Shown one piece after another: positions 59,225 to 64,000 of a DNA stretch of 64,000 nucleotides. How positions within the stretch are numbered: the stretch's first letter is position 1; every line of letters starts with the position of its first letter. Source of the DNA: an uncultured Bacteroidales bacterium (GTDB taxonomy: Bacteria; Bacteroidota; Bacteroidia; Bacteroidales; JAAAOM01); NCBI GenBank assembly GCA_964486145.1, contig CAZAMT010000001.1, forward strand, positions 27 through 64,026, given 5' to 3'. The translations under genes and the position numbers were made by a program. The notes under the pieces were generated by a model, which made no database searches, was not told the DNA's origin, and saw only the letters and a list, made by a program, of their open reading frames with translations.

Positions 59225-59427
59225 GAATAAATAATTCAGAAGTTCAATAATCTTGTTACACCTATGTTGAGCGATACGAACACAGTGAAGTATAGCTTTA
59301 CTTACTTTTTCTTCGTCGATTGAGCTTAATCGCTCAATTTGGGTTACATATTATCATTCATGAACTCCGAACCGCTCGCAAGCCAATAGGGCAGGTAAGG
59401 TTGTTCCTGCTTTCGGGCCGTTAAAAG

Positions 59428-60390
59428 CTATTTATAAGTAATTTTAATAAAATCTTTGATGGTATCTGTTAAAAAAACGGGTAATGGAAGGTCGGGGTTT
59501 GAGTAGGCATTGAAATTTACACCTGGATCATCACCTGTAATTTTCAAAACGTGATTCATGCTGTCAATAAATACAGGCTGCGTACCGGGTTTTACTGAAG
59601 TTAGTTTTAAAGCGTTTTTTTCATATACCTGCAAATCGCTCCTGCCTTGAATAATGAGCACAGGAATATCTAGTTTGGCCAGTTCTGTTTGAGGATGATA
59701 CTGTAACCATGAAATCAGGTAAGGTTGTACGGTGGGGCGAAACAATGAAGTAAGTGTTGCAGGTATGGAATCTACAGTTTCTCCCTCGGTCAGGTGACCA
59801 AGTATTTCAGATACCTGTTTTTGTATTTTCCCGGGTTGATTTTTAAGCTGATCCATGATAACGCTGTCGGCTCGCATGCCTGCCCCGTTTAGTGAGATGA
59901 AGAAATCAGTCCGGCTGCGCGCAGCGGCAATCATACCTATCAATGAGCCTTCGCTATGCCCAATAATTCCGAGGCTTTTAATGCTGTCATTGCTTGCCAG
60001 TAGGTTGATCCATTCAATGGCATCGTACACATAATCTTCAAAACGGATGGTTGTTTCAGTAAAACGCTGAGAACGGCTTTGGCCAACCCCCCGTTTATCA
60101 TATCTTAAACTGGCAACACCTTGAATAGCGAGAGACTCAGCCAGCATCTTCAGCGAGTTGTTATTGCCGGATATCATGTGGCTGTTTCCATCCCTGTCTG
60201 TAGGACCTGAACCTGCAATGATCAGGACGCACGGAAATGATTTTTGATTATCCGGATACAAATATGTTCCGTAAATACTCGAAAGTGGTGAGGTTAATAC
60301 CAACTCCTTTTCCTTAAAAGAACAGTTTTGTGCTTGAGTGGTTGCAATTATTAAAATAGAAAACAGCAAAATGGTGCTTAAAAAACGCAT
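59428..60390 (-). CDS. Secreted alpha/beta hydrolase
   Basis: The start at MRFLSTILLFSILIIATTQAQ gives a signal peptide. The nucleophile elbow GHSEGS (GxSxG) is present, with later D and H candidates (GRSDLQV, MNHVL). Confidence 0.8.
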   Translation of the reverse strand: MRFLSTILLFSILIIATTQAQNCSFKEKELVLTSPLSSIYGTYLYPDNQKSFPCVLIIAGSGPTDRDGNSHMISGNNNSLKMLAESLAIQGVASLRYDKRGVGQSRSQRFTETTIRFEDYVYDAIEWINLLASNDSIKSLGIIGHSEGSLIGMIAAARSRTDFFISLNGAGMRADSVIMDQLKNQPGKIQKQVSEILGHLTEGETVDSIPATLTSLFRPTVQPYLISWLQYHPQTELAKLDIPVLIIQGRSDLQVYEKNALKLTSVKPGTQPVFIDSMNHVLKITGDDPGVNFNAYSNPDLPLPVFLTDTIKDFIKITYK

Positions 60391-60394
60391 ATTA

Positions 60395-61525
60395 TTATTT
60401 TGGCAATTCAAAAAAGAACGTTGTTCCTTGGTCTTGAGAAGACTGAAAATAAACTTTACCTTTAAGATAGCGTTCACCCAGTAATTTCATGCTATATGTT
60501 CCAAGTCCGCGATTTGCTGCCTTTGTGGAAAATGAACGTTGAAAAATCTGCAATTGTGTTGATCTGGGGATGTGCGATTCATTATGAACCCAAAACCTTG
60601 TGAAATCATTCGTATTATCAAACCCGATGGTTACTACACCATTATCTGATGTAGCTTCCAAAGCATTTTTTAGCATATTTAAAAGAATTCGTTTTAGTAT
60701 GATAACATCGGTTAATATAATAACAGAAACCATGTTATTGTCAATTTGAACTTTTCGGTTTTTGGCAACTTCATGTTTTTGTATTTGGGCTGAAATGCTT
60801 TGGATGATATCATTGCTTGAAGATTCGGAAATTTTTACTTTTAATTCGCCATTTTCTGCATGCATTAATTCCCTTTGGGACATTATTTCCTGAGTAAGTT
60901 CACTGGCAATCTCATTCATGATGTCAATCATTTCCTTCATCTTTTTTTCATCCCTGGCATTTTTAGCCAACTCAATAAAACCATGCAAAGTTCCGGCTTT
61001 ATTTATCACATCATGAAAGAATATTTTTTCAAGTGCTATTTTTCGTTTTTCCGCAGAAATATCCAACAAGGTGAGAATGATAAATTGTTGGTCTTTTAAT
61101 CTCAGAGGTGAAGATGTAACTTTATAGTCATGGGCTTCAATGTAACCATTGTTATTCGAAACAATCCGGCATTCGTCTGTGTAAACCGATGATTCCGTCT
61201 GGCATTTTAAAATGGTTTTTACCGCGCCACAATACCTGCAATTCTCTGATGTACCGCAACCTCCAATTTCCTTTTTTGAATTTACACAATGCAGAATTTC
61301 ACCGGGCCTGTCACCAAGCAGTTGATCCAATACCTGGAGATTCAGCCTTTGAAGCAACGCGTTGTTTGCAAATACCACTTGTCGGTGCTGGTTTAAAATA
61401 GCTGCGATGTATGGAAGACCATTTAAAATGGTAGTCACATAATCGGTATCAATAATTTTTTGAAGTTCTCTTGTTATAACATTCTTTGTTACCCTGTATG
61501 CCGGGGCGAACCTTGATTCCTCCAT
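60395..61525 (-). CDS. Cytoplasmic sensor histidine kinase with Cys-rich PAS-like sensor
   Basis: No TM segment is present. The H-box is FFHDVINKAGTLHG, the N-box LLNMLKNALEAT and the G2 region FSTKAANRGLGTYSMKLL. The sensor region carries C-x9-C-x5-C-x2-C-x8-C. ATG at 61525 is preferred over TTG at 61558. Confidence 0.85.
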   Translation of the reverse strand: MEESRFAPAYRVTKNVITRELQKIIDTDYVTTILNGLPYIAAILNQHRQVVFANNALLQRLNLQVLDQLLGDRPGEILHCVNSKKEIGGCGTSENCRYCGAVKTILKCQTESSVYTDECRIVSNNNGYIEAHDYKVTSSPLRLKDQQFIILTLLDISAEKRKIALEKIFFHDVINKAGTLHGFIELAKNARDEKKMKEMIDIMNEIASELTQEIMSQRELMHAENGELKVKISESSSNDIIQSISAQIQKHEVAKNRKVQIDNNMVSVIILTDVIILKRILLNMLKNALEATSDNGVVTIGFDNTNDFTRFWVHNESHIPRSTQLQIFQRSFSTKAANRGLGTYSMKLLGERYLKGKVYFQSSQDQGTTFFFELPK

Positions 61526-61807
61526 TTCCTGCCCTTTCCAATGACTTTTGTTTTGCAATTTATCTATCCTTAACGCGGTTCAGCAATATGTGTCGGGTTA
61601 TGTCCGTTGATGTTTAAATTTATAAAATTAATTTAAATAACTGTAATTATTTATCTGAAACCTGATTATTGCTTATTAACAGAGTTATACGGCCTGATAT
61701 TGCAAGGTTTCAACGTTTAGGGTTACGAATCATATGTTCAAGTAATTAATTTTTATTAATTTGTACACGAATAGGATCGAGATATTTTAAACACCTTAGA
61801 TTTATTT

Positions 61808-63982
61808 ATGGATTGGGACATTAACAATGAGAAGAACGAGAATGAAGGTTTATCCTCAGAAAATGAACGGCTTTTAAAGTCGTTCCTAAATGAAATGGAG
61901 AAAAAGAATCTTCCGCATCATAATGTGAACGACGATCTGACACCATATCATTATGAGGAACCTGAGCATGACCCAAACATAGATACAAAAATTCAGCATT
62001 TGCAGCAAATTACCCGTGCCATCGAAAAAAAGCCAACAGCTTCCATTGATCTGGCACAAATACAACAAAACAGTTATAAGATAAACTATCCGGAAAGTCT
62101 AAACAGGGCACAACTGGCAGCAGCCGTGTTGTTCAAAGGACCAATGCTGGTTATTGCAGGAGCGGGCAGTGGAAAAACACGCATCATTACCTACCGGGTT
62201 AGCTTCATGCTTGAAAATGGTGTTGATCCGGGAAGCATGTTATTGTTAACTTTTACCCGGAAAGCAGCGCGCGAAATGCTTGCCCGTGTTGAGAAACTTC
62301 TGCAAACCAATGTTGCCGATAAATTACCGGGAGGTACATTCCATGCATTTGCAAATTACATTTTGAGAAGGTATGCGAATTTCTTAAATATCCATCCGAA
62401 TTTTACCATTATTGATGCGGAGGACTCGGCAGACATTATTGATTTATTAAAAACAGAGTTGAAGTTAAACCGAACCGGTTCAAGGTTTCCCAAAAAAAAT
62501 CGAATTCAGGAAATCATTTCAGCTTCCCGCAACCGGATGCTGAGCATTCGTGAAATCGTTGACCGTGAATATTCAGGGCTCATTGAATTTGTTGATCAAA
62601 TTACATTGATCGCCCAGGGATATAAAAAATACAAGCAAATTAGCAATGTGTTTGATTATGATGACTTGCTGGAAATGTTGTATGAACATTTAAAAAATAA
62701 CAAATCATTCAGAAAGAAACTCCAGGAAAAATATCATTACATCCTGGTAGATGAATTTCAGGATACCAATATTGTGCAAAAAGGGATAGTTGATTTTTTA
62801 GCTGAAAAGCACCGGAACATTATGGTAGTGGGTGATGATGCTCAGAGCATTTATGCCTTTCGCGGTGCGAATTATGAAAATATTTTGAAGTTTCCTGAAA
62901 CATTTCCTGAATGCAAAGTTGTGAAGATTGAGCAAAATTATAGAAGCAACCAGGCCATATTGAATTTTACAAATGGCATTATTGATAATGCAAAACTGGG
63001 GTATAAGAAAAAACTATTTTCAAAAATTACACGAAATTCAAAACCTGTTATCCAGAAATTTTTTACACAACAGGATGAGGCTACATTTATTACCGATAAG
63101 GTACTGGAACTTCGGGAAACCGGAATTGAGCTAAACCAGATAGCGGTTTTATGCAGGGCTGCATGGCACAGCAATTACATTCAAACAGAATTGTTACGCC
63201 GAAGCATACCTTACATTACCGTTGGGGGTCTGAAGTTTAACGAACGTCGCCATATCAAAGACATGATTGCATACCTGAGGGTAATGTTGAACCCGAATGA
63301 TGCAGCCGCGTGGCACCGGTTGTTAAAATTAATTCCTGGTATTGGAAAAGTAACAGCAGGCAACATCATCAGGGGCCTTGAATCTGATAATAACAAAATT
63401 TCTTTCAATAAATTCAACAATAAAAAATTTTATGATGAGCTTGTTCTATTGGCTGAAATGCTTAACAGTGCCAACAAATCGGGAATTTCACTTACCAATC
63501 GGCTGGAAATAATTAAAGATTATTATGCACCTATTCTGGAAACAAAGGAATATGATTATTCAGTAAGAATGCTTGATATTAGTGTATTTATTGACCTGTC
63601 AGCAAAGTATGATGACATCGAAAAATTTCTTTCAGATTTTGCGCTTGATCCACCGTCAAGAAGTTTCCAGGACAAAGGTACACCGCTTGTTGATGAAGAG
63701 GAAGACAAACCTCTTACCATATCAACAGTACATTCGGCTAAGGGTTTGGAATGGTACACGGTTTTTGTGCCATTTGCACTTGACGGATTGTTTCCATCTG
63801 TTCGGGCATTGAAAAATTTTGAAGAACTGGAAGAAGAACGTCGCCTGTTTTATGTAGCGTGCAGCAGGGCAAAGGAACAGTTATACATCACAATGCCATC
63901 GCAGGTAGTTTCCTATAATGCCTTTTTTAGTTATCCGTCAAGATTTATTTCCGAACTTGATAAACAATTTTATACCAGCTAA
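61808..63982 (+). CDS. UvrD/PcrA/Rep-family ATP-dependent DNA helicase
   Basis: Walker A AGAGSGKT, motif II VDEFQDTN, motifs VGDDAQSIYAFRGA and QNYRS, and the C-terminal VHSAKGLEW are present. An acidic N-terminal extension of about 100 aa precedes them. Confidence 0.9.
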   Translation: MDWDINNEKNENEGLSSENERLLKSFLNEMEKKNLPHHNVNDDLTPYHYEEPEHDPNIDTKIQHLQQITRAIEKKPTASIDLAQIQQNSYKINYPESLNRAQLAAAVLFKGPMLVIAGAGSGKTRIITYRVSFMLENGVDPGSMLLLTFTRKAAREMLARVEKLLQTNVADKLPGGTFHAFANYILRRYANFLNIHPNFTIIDAEDSADIIDLLKTELKLNRTGSRFPKKNRIQEIISASRNRMLSIREIVDREYSGLIEFVDQITLIAQGYKKYKQISNVFDYDDLLEMLYEHLKNNKSFRKKLQEKYHYILVDEFQDTNIVQKGIVDFLAEKHRNIMVVGDDAQSIYAFRGANYENILKFPETFPECKVVKIEQNYRSNQAILNFTNGIIDNAKLGYKKKLFSKITRNSKPVIQKFFTQQDEATFITDKVLELRETGIELNQIAVLCRAAWHSNYIQTELLRRSIPYITVGGLKFNERRHIKDMIAYLRVMLNPNDAAAWHRLLKLIPGIGKVTAGNIIRGLESDNNKISFNKFNNKKFYDELVLLAEMLNSANKSGISLTNRLEIIKDYYAPILETKEYDYSVRMLDISVFIDLSAKYDDIEKFLSDFALDPPSRSFQDKGTPLVDEEEDKPLTISTVHSAKGLEWYTVFVPFALDGLFPSVRALKNFEELEEERRLFYVACSRAKEQLYITMPSQVVSYNAFFSYPSRFISELDKQFYTS

Positions 63983-64000
63983 GGAATATTGGATCAGGAG

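Overview
This is a visibly AT-rich chromosomal segment (GC not computed) with a clear Bacteroidota character. The evidence is the hemD/DUF4271 and dtd/mazG gene pairs, a TonB-dependent receptor, many lipoproteins, TAnnTTTG-type -7 boxes and little Shine-Dalgarno signal. I support about 48 protein genes. Most are housekeeping: polA, uvrC, mnmG, ybeY, dut, pheS, ruvB, nadA, rpiB, hemW, rnpA, rsgA, dtd, pbpC and a UvrD-family helicase. I found no rRNA, tRNA, CRISPR array, transposase or integrase, so the region reads as core genome rather than an island. Observations worth a second look: (1) There are three strong parS centromere sites. Two perfect palindromes sit 36 bp apart in the 65-bp mnmG-uvrC spacer, and a third lies in the vanZ/hemW divergent spacer. 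Together with rnpA and mnmG, these suggest an origin-proximal domain. (2) A methyl-accepting chemotaxis protein has a predicted periplasmic region with two tandem full matches to the CZB zinc-binding motif. It follows a CheY-like receiver, and no cheA or cheW is present in the window. (3) A soluble histidine kinase carries a C-x9-C-x5-C-x2-C-x8-C cluster in its sensor domain and appears co-transcribed with a secreted alpha/beta hydrolase, next to a Crp/Fnr regulator that begins with CxxC. (4) A thioester (CLEQ) alpha-2-macroglobulin lipoprotein overlaps rnpA and lies about 10 kb from pbpC, its classical operon partner. (5) A DUF4154(YfiR)-TonB receptor-lipoprotein cassette has no signalling partner and is flanked by unusually long structured non-coding spacers. 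I did not find a convincing multi-gene system that is clearly new. The sensory neighbourhood at 55.9-61.6 kb is the best candidate for uncharacterised biology.
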